Positions 9,742 to 18,062 of a stretch of 64,000 nt of DNA are shown here, piece after piece (the first letter of the stretch is position 1; the number at the start of each line of letters is the position of its first letter). The translations under genes were made by a program, and so were the position numbers. Under the pieces are notes generated by a model. The model was given only the letters and a program-made list of their open reading frames with translations. It ran no database searches and was not told where the DNA came from. The DNA comes from Candidatus Cloacimonadales bacterium (GTDB taxonomy: Bacteria; Cloacimonadota; Cloacimonadia; Cloacimonadales; JAIOQZ01): positions 800,001 to 864,000 of the forward strand of contig OY771587.1 of NCBI GenBank assembly GCA_963674825.1, written 5' to 3'.

Positions 9742-10540
9742 CGAAGCAAAGAAACTGCAATCACTATCGCAAAGTAAACCGGGACAGCAACATGCACGCA
9801 CGATTTGCATCACAAGCGGCAAAGGTGGCGTCGGAAAAAGCAACTTTATCCTAAACATGGCGATCGCAATGTCGATAAGAAACAAAAAGGTATTGTTGAT
9901 TGATGCCGATATGAACCTGTCCAATCTGGACATTCTGCTCGGAATTTATCCGCAATACTCGATAAAGAATCTGCTGGACGATATCGTCGATGTGGAAGAC
10001 ATACTGGTAGAAGGCCCCAAGGGGGTCAAGATCCTGCCGGCTTCCTCCGGCGATCTCAACGTTGCAAGAAACGCCAAGAAAGTCCAGGAGTCGCTGATCC
10101 AGGCGCTACAGGAGTTACGTCCGAAGTTCGACTACATTCTGATCGATACTGGCGCTGGTATCAGTGAATATACGATGGACTTTGTGTATAGCTCGGACAA
10201 GGTGATTGTTGTCACCACGCCGGAACCGACTTCGATCACGGACGCGTATGCCCTGATCAAGATGCTGTTTTACCACAGCAGAAATCCGGATATCTCGGTG
10301 GTGATCAATATGGCACAGTCCGAAAAAGAAGGGAAAGTGATTTATGACAAGATCAGCCAGATCCTGAGTCACTTTCTCAATAAACAGGTTCGGTTTCTGG
10401 GTAGCATCCTGACGGATAAGAATCTGCCGGATGCCGTGAAGGATCAGACGCCGGTGATTATCAAACACCCGCGTGCCTCATCCTCCGCCGCGATCCACAA
10501 CATCGCGATCCAGATTCTGAAAGAGGACAAGAAGGAATGA
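9728..10540 (+). CDS. flhG: Flagellar number regulator FlhG/FleN (MinD/ParA ATPase)
   Basis: SGKGGVGKS, DADM, DTGAG, TPEPTSITDAYALIK; overlaps flhF. Confidence 0.9.
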   Translation: MEFFNEAKKLQSLSQSKPGQQHARTICITSGKGGVGKSNFILNMAIAMSIRNKKVLLIDADMNLSNLDILLGIYPQYSIKNLLDDIVDVEDILVEGPKGVKILPASSGDLNVARNAKKVQESLIQALQELRPKFDYILIDTGAGISEYTMDFVYSSDKVIVVTTPEPTSITDAYALIKMLFYHSRNPDISVVINMAQSEKEGKVIYDKISQILSHFLNKQVRFLGSILTDKNLPDAVKDQTPVIIKHPRASSSAAIHNIAIQILKEDKKE

Positions 10541-10821
10541 CAGCAAGAGTAAGGCTGAAGGCTTTTATCAGAGGGATATCCCTCATTATGTTCTTCATTA
10601 CCTTCTTCAATAACTACCTGTTCTTCTATGTACCACTCATCGATGCCCTCTTCCGCGGATTGATCACCTATGTCGTTACCGCTATCGTGCTTCACGTGAT
10701 TGTTATGGTGTGGCGTTTTGCCTTCAGCCCCACCGAATGGAAGCTGATCATCGACGGATCGCCCGAATCCGACAGAGTTGAGCAACCGATTTCCAAGGAT
10801 TCTTTAACAGAAAAAGCTTGA
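10537..10821 (+). CDS. Hypothetical membrane protein (2 predicted TM segments) coupled to flhG
   Basis: ATGA overlap with flhG stop; two hydrophobic stretches. Confidence 0.7.
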   Translation: MTARVRLKAFIRGISLIMFFITFFNNYLFFYVPLIDALFRGLITYVVTAIVLHVIVMVWRFAFSPTEWKLIIDGSPESDRVEQPISKDSLTEKA

Positions 10822-11078
10822 GCTAATCCATTCCACCAATTATAGATCCCCAAAAGCACGCTATCTGAAAATAATTCATTTTGATTGTTTTACAAGAAAT
10901 TTCTTCCGATTCGATTAAAAATGCTTTGACAAGGTATAGCCCTCAAACCAACTTTGGGATCACATAAAAAACAGGATGAGAATTTGCCTCGATTGTTTTT
11001 TATATTCGGTTAGTGTAGCATTATTTCCCGTCTAAAAATGGTTCTTTCTAAGGTTAGAATGTATTCACGGAGGAATTC

Positions 11079-13322
11079 ATGAAACGGATTTCATTCACAG
11101 CTCTCATTTTACTTCTTTTTGCCAGCCTATTCTGTTCAACAATTGAGGTTGGTGTTAACTGTACCATCAAAACAATCACAGAAGCCATCCAGGCAGCTGC
11201 TCCGGGTGATGTGATTCGTGTGCACGACGGGCTCTATCAGGAGACCCTTTCGATCGATAAAAAACTCACCATTGTAAGTGACTATTATTACGATCAAGAC
11301 GAATCTCACATTCAAAATACATCCATCAGCAGCCCATCAAGCGAACAGGCCGTGGTATGCGATTCGGATGAATCGGAAATCACGATCACCCTCGCCGGCC
11401 TCACCGTTGTCGGTGGCAATCGCGCGGTGAAACTCGACTCCAACGTCAAGGTCAACCTGCTTGCCTGCAATCTTTACGCTCAGGCGGAAAGCGATGTGGC
11501 AGTTGTTGTTGCTCAGCCGACGACAACACTCAAACTTCGTAACTCCGCACTCAATGCCTCCAATGGCAAGGGTGTCCAGGCTACTGGCGCGAATGTCGAA
11601 GTAACCAAATGCGAAATCGGCAGCAATGAAAGCGCCGGTATATCGTTCGATGGTGACAACGTTGCCACGCTCAGCGTTGCAAACTCCATCCTTTATAGCA
11701 ACCAGACCGGTATCGATATTCGCGATGCAATGGGTAATGTGACACTCAATCACGTGACCATCGCGGATAACCTCACCGGTATCCGTCTTCGCTCCAGCAA
11801 CCTGATCGTCACCAACTCGATCGTTTACGATAACGGCACACAACTCAGCAACATCAGCGGCTCATGTGCAGTTTCCTACAGCGATTTCGAAGGTGGCTTC
11901 GGCGGCGAAGGCAACATCGACCTCGATCCGCTCTTCGACCCAGGTAACAACGGCAGCTATGATCTCCGTTGGGACCAGTACGGCAAGAGCCCGTGTATCG
12001 ATTCCGGTGACTGGACTACTGCAGGCGACCAGGACGGCACACCGCCCGATATGGGCGCTTATACTGCGGTCAATCACCGTTTCGATATCTGGAGCTTCCC
12101 GAAAGCCGATGAAAACGGCGGATGGCGCTGGTTCTGTATACCCGCAGTTGACAATGTCCTAACCTATCCTGTCCAGAACACGGCGGACGCGCTGTTCGGT
12201 GGCATGATCGATATGGAAATCCTCGATCAGGTCAAGTGGAACGCATCAAACACGTTGCAATCCATCAGCCTGCTGGACGACGAATGGACGAACCTCGATC
12301 ACGTGGTCAACCCGGTTCAGGGTTACAAGATCCACATGAACGAGAACGCAACGCTCAACTATCACCTCGAAGTCCCGGGATTCAATCCTGACTTCAACAC
12401 TGTGATGCAGCTCAGCGCAACGACAGACAACTGGATTGGCTACTTCCTTCCGGAAACCCGTCTTGCTGTGGATCTCTTCGACAGCATCAAGGACGATGTC
12501 AACTATATCAAAGCACAGCGTTGGGCCCTCGAGCGCATCGACGGAGAATGGATTGGCGATACGGACGTGTCGCTTAACTACGGCGAAATGGTCGTCGTTT
12601 CCGTCCACCATACATGTAACTTCCAGTGGGATACCGATGCTCTGATCTCGGATCCGGATGCTTATCCGTTCCCCGAGCATTTCGATTTCACTGAAAAATC
12701 CGAATATGTTCCCTTCTTCATCGAATATTCACCAACATTCGAGAATGAAGAGATCGCGATCACCGTCGACGGAGTTGTCAAGGGTGCATCGGTTGTGTTC
12801 GGAAGTCTTACCCAAGTAAACGGCTATCTTGCCGATGACGATGAAGATGGATACCAAGGAGGTTCTCACATGGGAGAAGTTGATTTTATCATTTGGTGCC
12901 CGGTACGCGGAAACACCAGAAAAATAGACGATTACTATGTTTACAATGAATCGGTTCGCCGTGTTGTTCACAGCAAGATCGACCTCGCCGACAAGCGCGA
13001 TTTCTACTATGTCTCGTTCGACGAAGAATCAGTTATCGACGCACCGCCGGCAATGGCGCTGACCCATTATCCGAACCCCTTCAACCCCGAGACAACCATC
13101 AGCTACAGCCTCGATCATGAAGACGAAGTTGCTGTTGATATCTACAACGTGAAGGGCCAGAAGGTCCGCACGCTGGTTCGTGGTGTACAGGCTGAAGGTG
13201 CATATCAGGTGACCTGGCAGGGTGATGACAACACCGGACATCCAGTTGCTTCCGGTATCTACTTCTGCCGCCTCAAATCCGGCAGCCAGACTCTCGTTCG
13301 CAAGATGATGATGTTGAAATAG
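11079..13322 (+). CDS. Secreted right-handed beta-helix protein with C-terminal FlgD-Ig/T9SS-like domain
   Basis: Signal peptide; TITEAIQAA.PGDVIRV..G.YQE; GNIDLDPLF...SPCIDSG...DMGAY; YPNPFNPET...RKMMMLK. Confidence 0.85.
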   Translation: MKRISFTALILLLFASLFCSTIEVGVNCTIKTITEAIQAAAPGDVIRVHDGLYQETLSIDKKLTIVSDYYYDQDESHIQNTSISSPSSEQAVVCDSDESEITITLAGLTVVGGNRAVKLDSNVKVNLLACNLYAQAESDVAVVVAQPTTTLKLRNSALNASNGKGVQATGANVEVTKCEIGSNESAGISFDGDNVATLSVANSILYSNQTGIDIRDAMGNVTLNHVTIADNLTGIRLRSSNLIVTNSIVYDNGTQLSNISGSCAVSYSDFEGGFGGEGNIDLDPLFDPGNNGSYDLRWDQYGKSPCIDSGDWTTAGDQDGTPPDMGAYTAVNHRFDIWSFPKADENGGWRWFCIPAVDNVLTYPVQNTADALFGGMIDMEILDQVKWNASNTLQSISLLDDEWTNLDHVVNPVQGYKIHMNENATLNYHLEVPGFNPDFNTVMQLSATTDNWIGYFLPETRLAVDLFDSIKDDVNYIKAQRWALERIDGEWIGDTDVSLNYGEMVVVSVHHTCNFQWDTDALISDPDAYPFPEHFDFTEKSEYVPFFIEYSPTFENEEIAITVDGVVKGASVVFGSLTQVNGYLADDDEDGYQGGSHMGEVDFIIWCPVRGNTRKIDDYYVYNESVRRVVHSKIDLADKRDFYYVSFDEESVIDAPPAMALTHYPNPFNPETTISYSLDHEDEVAVDIYNVKGQKVRTLVRGVQAEGAYQVTWQGDDNTGHPVASGIYFCRLKSGSQTLVRKMMMLK

Positions 13323-13362
13323 TCGATTCGGCTTCAATATAATCAATCTACTGATAGACGAT

Positions 13363-13398
13363 AAACCCTTTTCCTCTATTCTGAGGAGAAGGGTTTTT
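13363..13398 (+). terminator. Intrinsic terminator
   Basis: AAACCCTTTTCCTC-TATTCT-GAGGAGAAGGGTTT then TT. Confidence 0.75.
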
Positions 13399-13450
13399 AT
13401 ATGAGAAAATTCGTGGACAATATTGCGCAGGTATTTATGGTGGATTGTGC

Positions 13451-13526
13451 GCGCCTGTCGCTCAATGGATAGAGCATCTGACTTCGGATCAGAAGGTTCG
13501 GGGTTCGAGTCCCTGCAGGCGCGCCA
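13451..13526 (+). tRNA. tRNA-Arg (anticodon UCG)
   Basis: 76-nt cloverleaf: acceptor GCGCCTG/CAGGCGC, D arm GCTC/GAGC, anticodon arm TCTGA-CTTCGGA-TCAGA, T loop TTCGAGT, encoded CCA. Confidence 0.97.
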
Positions 13527-13548
13527 GTTTTTTTAACAGGATATTTCT

Positions 13549-15987
13549 CTACTTGACCAGCATCATTTTACGTGTCAGCGTACTGGATTTCGATTCAAGC
13601 CTGCTCAGATAAACCCCGGAGGCTACCGTCTTGCCAAAGTCGTTTCGACCATCCCAGATAACTTTATGCTCGCCAGCATGAAATAGCGGGAAGCTCTTCA
13701 CCTTCTGGCCTCTCAGGTTGTAGATTGTCAGTGTCGCCTCGTCGCTCTGCTTCACGCTGAAGCTGATCGTCGTCTCGGGATTGAAGGGATTGGGGTAGTT
13801 ACCATGTAGCGAAGTTATTGCATTGGTGGGTGGCACAATCAGCTCTTCATCGGCTGCGAGAAATATCTGCCAACTGAGATAGGGATAGCCGGCATTGATA
13901 CTGGAGTCGATACTCCATATATCATCTTCCCCGTTCCCGGTCTCGCCGGTAAAATCCCATCCTGCATCGAGATAGGTCATGACATCGAGCATCTGATCGG
14001 TTGCCAGGCCTGTACCACCAGAACTTTCGTCCTGTTCCGACGTCTCGATATCCCAGAAGCTGCCAGCAATCTCCGATTCGAACTGTTCGCCAATCAAGCC
14101 GCCCGTCTGCGCAGAACCAACGACTTGCCCACTGCTGTAGCTGTCCGTTACCAACGAAAGCATGATTGTCCCTATCAAGCCACCGACACGTTCCTCATTC
14201 GAAATCGTCCGGGAGCTTGAATAGCAGTTGGAAACCACCGTCGTATCGGAAACCGTGCCGATTAATCCGCCGACATCCGAGCCTATGGCCAATACTTCCC
14301 CGGTTGAATAGCATCCAGTCACCGAAGTATGGATTATACTCATTCCGATAAGGCCACCAATATTGGAATTACCGGATACGTAACTCGTCGAGCCGCAGTC
14401 TTCGATAACAGAATTCTGGCACACACCCGCAATACCGCCGAGTGCTCCCCCGTAATACATCCCCATAACGGTTCCGGAACTCGTACAATTCCGCAAACAA
14501 ACATTGTCCCAGCAAAAACCGACAATCCCTCCGGCGTCGCTCTCAGCGATTATAGTGCAGCATGCCGTACACTTGTATATTGTGCTGTTCAAGTCGCAAC
14601 ATCCGGCAATTCCGCCAGCCCTCGTTGGGGCCTCGAGCAGTCCAAATACGTTACTATCTTCGATCCATGCCTGATATGTGTAGCCTGTAAGTAATCCTGA
14701 AAATTCACCGCCCTGTATCGTTCCATCAACCATACACCCCAAGATGGCGGATGAATTTGATATGCTGCCTGCGAGTCCGCTCGTCATCTGGCCACCGGAT
14801 ACCGTGGCATTTGTAACATAGAGGTCGTATATACTCGCCTCGTTGACCGCTCCGAACAGCCCCACACAGGATCGAGAGCCATCCGTAAGAGAGAGGTTCG
14901 AGATCGTTCTTTCGTTTCCATAGAAATCGTTACCAAGATAGGGAACATAAACCTCGGGATAGCTTGCGAGATCGAGATCGCACGTCAAAGAGAAGGGATA
15001 CTCCGCAGTCTGCCCAAAAGCGCTGAGAAGTTTCAGATCATCCACAGACTGAATCAGATAACGATTATTGGATAACGTCAGGTAGTCGTCGACATCCAGA
15101 GACATCCCGTTTTCCATCCAGGTCGTGTAAAGCTCGTTCGGAAGGCCACCGATTGTCTGGATATGCTCTCCATTGAGCTCAACCTCATCGTAGTTATAGT
15201 AGCTATTTCGCAAGTCCGTTCCGTACATGGTCGAGACCAGCCCACCAATACTGTCATCTCCCTGGATGTTTCCCGTACTGAAGCAGTTTTCTATCTCCGT
15301 CCCCCATCGCGCATAGCTGATCAAACCTGCGTTGCACGATCCTCCCGAAACATTCCCACTGCTCGAGCAGTTCGAAATCAACGTCTCAGCGCATATACTC
15401 AGCAAGCCACCACCATTGCCAGATTCCATTACCATATCCACATCGCTTGTACAATCGATAAGCGTCGAAGAATTAGCGTTATAGATCAGACCGCCGGCCT
15501 GTACACTACAAGTTATTACACCCGATGCATGGCAGTTTACAACCATGGTGTTACCATTCACAAATCTGGCAAGAGATCCCACACTGTTACCGCCCGAGAT
15601 ATCTACGTTGTTTAAATGCACATTCGCGATGGATCCACAATAGATTATGTAGAACATCCCGACTCCAGCTCCCGGGTAATTCATGTACAGGTTTTCGATC
15701 TGATAATCGCAGCCGTCGTATTCGCCCATAAAGGGATTTGTTCTTGTTCCCATCGGGCAGAAGCCCGTACCGTCGTTCCAATTCGCGGTCTCGGCAGCGT
15801 CAATATCGTTGGTTTGTACGAAATGTGATGACCAGCACATGCTATTTGTGCTCATCCAGAGCAGGTTCTCGAGGGTTGCGACTTGATAAGGGTCGTTTTC
15901 TGTGCCAGTGCCGTCCGGCTCAACGCCATCAGCATGAAGATACATGCCTGCAATTAGAATCAGCGTGAAGATTAACAGAGTTCGCAC
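13549..15987 (-). CDS. Secreted GLUG-motif beta-helix protein (two units) with FlgD-Ig/T9SS-like CTD
   Basis: Start moved to GTG 15987 (RBS AGGAGG); GTGTENDPYQVATLENL, many VGGLIG repeats, AGWDF, YPNPFNPET. Confidence 0.85.
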   Translation of the reverse strand: MRTLLIFTLILIAGMYLHADGVEPDGTGTENDPYQVATLENLLWMSTNSMCWSSHFVQTNDIDAAETANWNDGTGFCPMGTRTNPFMGEYDGCDYQIENLYMNYPGAGVGMFYIIYCGSIANVHLNNVDISGGNSVGSLARFVNGNTMVVNCHASGVITCSVQAGGLIYNANSSTLIDCTSDVDMVMESGNGGGLLSICAETLISNCSSSGNVSGGSCNAGLISYARWGTEIENCFSTGNIQGDDSIGGLVSTMYGTDLRNSYYNYDEVELNGEHIQTIGGLPNELYTTWMENGMSLDVDDYLTLSNNRYLIQSVDDLKLLSAFGQTAEYPFSLTCDLDLASYPEVYVPYLGNDFYGNERTISNLSLTDGSRSCVGLFGAVNEASIYDLYVTNATVSGGQMTSGLAGSISNSSAILGCMVDGTIQGGEFSGLLTGYTYQAWIEDSNVFGLLEAPTRAGGIAGCCDLNSTIYKCTACCTIIAESDAGGIVGFCWDNVCLRNCTSSGTVMGMYYGGALGGIAGVCQNSVIEDCGSTSYVSGNSNIGGLIGMSIIHTSVTGCYSTGEVLAIGSDVGGLIGTVSDTTVVSNCYSSSRTISNEERVGGLIGTIMLSLVTDSYSSGQVVGSAQTGGLIGEQFESEIAGSFWDIETSEQDESSGGTGLATDQMLDVMTYLDAGWDFTGETGNGEDDIWSIDSSINAGYPYLSWQIFLAADEELIVPPTNAITSLHGNYPNPFNPETTISFSVKQSDEATLTIYNLRGQKVKSFPLFHAGEHKVIWDGRNDFGKTVASGVYLSRLESKSSTLTRKMMLVK
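13558..13802. repeat. Copy 1 of a 245-bp near-identical CTD-coding repeat (partner 16118-16362)
   Basis: Direct comparison at offset 2560 bp shows about 6 mismatches, all silent. Confidence 0.9.
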
Positions 15988-16065
15988 AGAATCCTCCTGG
16001 AGTATATCGCATCCATCTTTAGAAGGCATGGATGTCCTCAAAAACCTGTCAAAGAGAAGTCAAGA

Positions 16066-16094
16066 GGGAAACCGGGATAAAGCACCGGCTTCCC
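16066..16094 (-). terminator. Putative terminator between the GLUG paralogs
   Basis: Minus strand GGGAAGCCGG-N9-CCGGTTTCCC followed by TCTTGACTTCTCTTT. Confidence 0.55.
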
Positions 16095-16108
16095 ATATGG
16101 TTAGAAGA

Positions 16109-17884
16109 TTACTTCATCAGCATCATTTTACGTGTCAGCGTACTGGATTTCGATTCAAGCCTGCTCAGATAAACACCGGAAGCTACTGTCTTGCCAAAGT
16201 CGTTTCGACCATCCCAAATAACTTTATGCTCGCCAGCATGAAATAGCGGGAAGCTCTTCACCTTCTGGCCTCTCAGGTTGTAGATTGTCAGTGTCGCCTC
16301 GTCGCTCTGCTTCACGCTGAAGCTGATTGTCGTCTCGGGGTTGAAGGGATTGGGGTAGTTACTGTGGAGCATGGTAGCGGATATAGAGGGAACATCCACC
16401 GGATCATCATTATCGACATAGCCCTGCCATGCAAGGAACGGAAAGCCGTTGTTTTCATTCGGATTGATTCCCCAGATATCGGCGGCACCGTTCTCTGTCT
16501 CCTCCATGAAATCCCAATCTGCATCAATGAATATTGTCTGGGTACCCATATCATCTGAAGTGATACCTTGTCCAGCAGCGCTGTAATCCAAGTCGCAGAG
16601 ATCCTGATTCCAGAAGCATGCTTCGATCTCGGAGAAGTTCACTGCGGCAAAACCGCCCGGATTCAATTCACCCGTTACCTGACCCGCTGCGTAGCAACGC
16701 TGAACAATCGCGTCTTCCATATTCCTGCCGATAAATCCACCAGGGCTCTCCGAACCATATACATCGGCCTGGCAGAAGCAATCGGATATGATCGCCTGAC
16801 CTTGATTCGATCCAGCGAATCCACCGGGATTTTCAGATCCAGAGATATCTCCCACGCAGTAACACTGCATGATGGAGGATTGATCTTGATTGCTGCCAGC
16901 AAAGCCGCCGATGCCAAATGATTCATCATCCGCTTGCATCTCTAAAGCTCCAGAGGCATAACATTCTGTAATCTGCGTATTCCCATAGATCGAGCCAATG
17001 AAGCCACCGATTCCGTTCAAATGGCTACCACCCACAGCATCGATGTTAACAGAAGAATTGCACTGCGTAAATATCGAACCCAGGGAAGAACCGCATAAGC
17101 CACCGATATCAGTGAGAATTGGACTCGAGCCCTCAATCGTCCCAGACGCTGAACATGATTCGACTGTGCAATATGCACTGTAACCGATCACGCCACCAGC
17201 ACTCCACGCAGTGTCGTTTTCGTTAATATCGGTCACGATAAGGTTGCCGTTGTATGAACAGTCGATGATCTCGATTTCATCTCCATTTCCGACGATGCCG
17301 CCTACGTAACAGTCGGCCTTGACGTTAGCCGTACTGCTGCAAGATTCGATTATCGAGCCAGCCCTCGCATAGCCAACAATTCCACCGGCTGTTGTGTACC
17401 AGATTGATTCTGAGGAACCAGATGTGTGACAGTTGAGCACACGGCAGTTTTCGGTAGCACCGATCAGACATCCAATGTTATCAACTCCAGAAACAACCGC
17501 GTCATCAAGCCTGATATTCGAAATGGAGTTGTTCCGGCATACACCAAACATACCAGTGCATTTAGCGGCGTTCGTCACATGGAGATTGCTGATGATATGA
17601 TTCTGACCATCATAGCAACCAATGAATCCTGAACCATACATGAGACCGATCGGGGGCATCCCATAGCCATCATTCCAGTTTTCGGTATCTGCCGCGTCAA
17701 TATCCGCGGTTTGAATATAATGTTTCGAGAGGGCTTCGGAGGTAGTACTCATCCAAAGCAAGTTATCGAGGGTTGCGACTTGATAGGGGTCAGTCTCAGT
17801 TCCAGCGCCATCCGGCTCAACGCCATCAGCGTGAAGGTAAAGGCCAGCAGTTAGAATCAGCGTGAAGATTAACAGTGTTCGCAT
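16109..17884 (-). CDS. Secreted GLUG-motif protein (one unit) with FlgD-Ig/T9SS-like CTD
   Basis: Signal peptide nearly identical to the neighbour's; GAGTETDPYQVATLDNL; GGFAG repeats; YPNPFNPET. Confidence 0.88.
   Translation of the reverse strand: MRTLLIFTLILTAGLYLHADGVEPDGAGTETDPYQVATLDNLLWMSTTSEALSKHYIQTADIDAADTENWNDGYGMPPIGLMYGSGFIGCYDGQNHIISNLHVTNAAKCTGMFGVCRNNSISNIRLDDAVVSGVDNIGCLIGATENCRVLNCHTSGSSESIWYTTAGGIVGYARAGSIIESCSSTANVKADCYVGGIVGNGDEIEIIDCSYNGNLIVTDINENDTAWSAGGVIGYSAYCTVESCSASGTIEGSSPILTDIGGLCGSSLGSIFTQCNSSVNIDAVGGSHLNGIGGFIGSIYGNTQITECYASGALEMQADDESFGIGGFAGSNQDQSSIMQCYCVGDISGSENPGGFAGSNQGQAIISDCFCQADVYGSESPGGFIGRNMEDAIVQRCYAAGQVTGELNPGGFAAVNFSEIEACFWNQDLCDLDYSAAGQGITSDDMGTQTIFIDADWDFMEETENGAADIWGINPNENNGFPFLAWQGYVDNDDPVDVPSISATMLHSNYPNPFNPETTISFSVKQSDEATLTIYNLRGQKVKSFPLFHAGEHKVIWDGRNDFGKTVASGVYLSRLESKSSTLTRKMMLMK
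16118..16362. repeat. Copy 2 of the 245-bp CTD-coding repeat
   Basis: See 13558-13802. Confidence 0.9.
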
Positions 17885-18062
17885 AGAATCCTCCTTAAGT
17901 ATTTCAGGTTCAGTTCACCGGAATATTTATCTTCAGTCAAAAGCAATCGACATATATTCATCAGGATAATAATCAAGATACCAGTTTTCCGTGCAAGAAG
18001 TGATGCAATAACCGATCCAATTTATTAAGAAAACCCAGAAATCAGAATCAATAGCGGCACAA

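Noticed and set aside
13558..16362. 245-bp repeat as DGR or att-site duplication
   Set aside because: Differences are silent and each copy is the normal 3' end of a paralog; no integrase or RT nearby.
18004..18019. Minus-strand TGGATC-GGTTA-TTGCA as a sigma-54 promoter for the GLUG genes
   Set aside because: Spacing is right but the -24 box deviates, and there is no IHF-like or UAS support; too weak to call.
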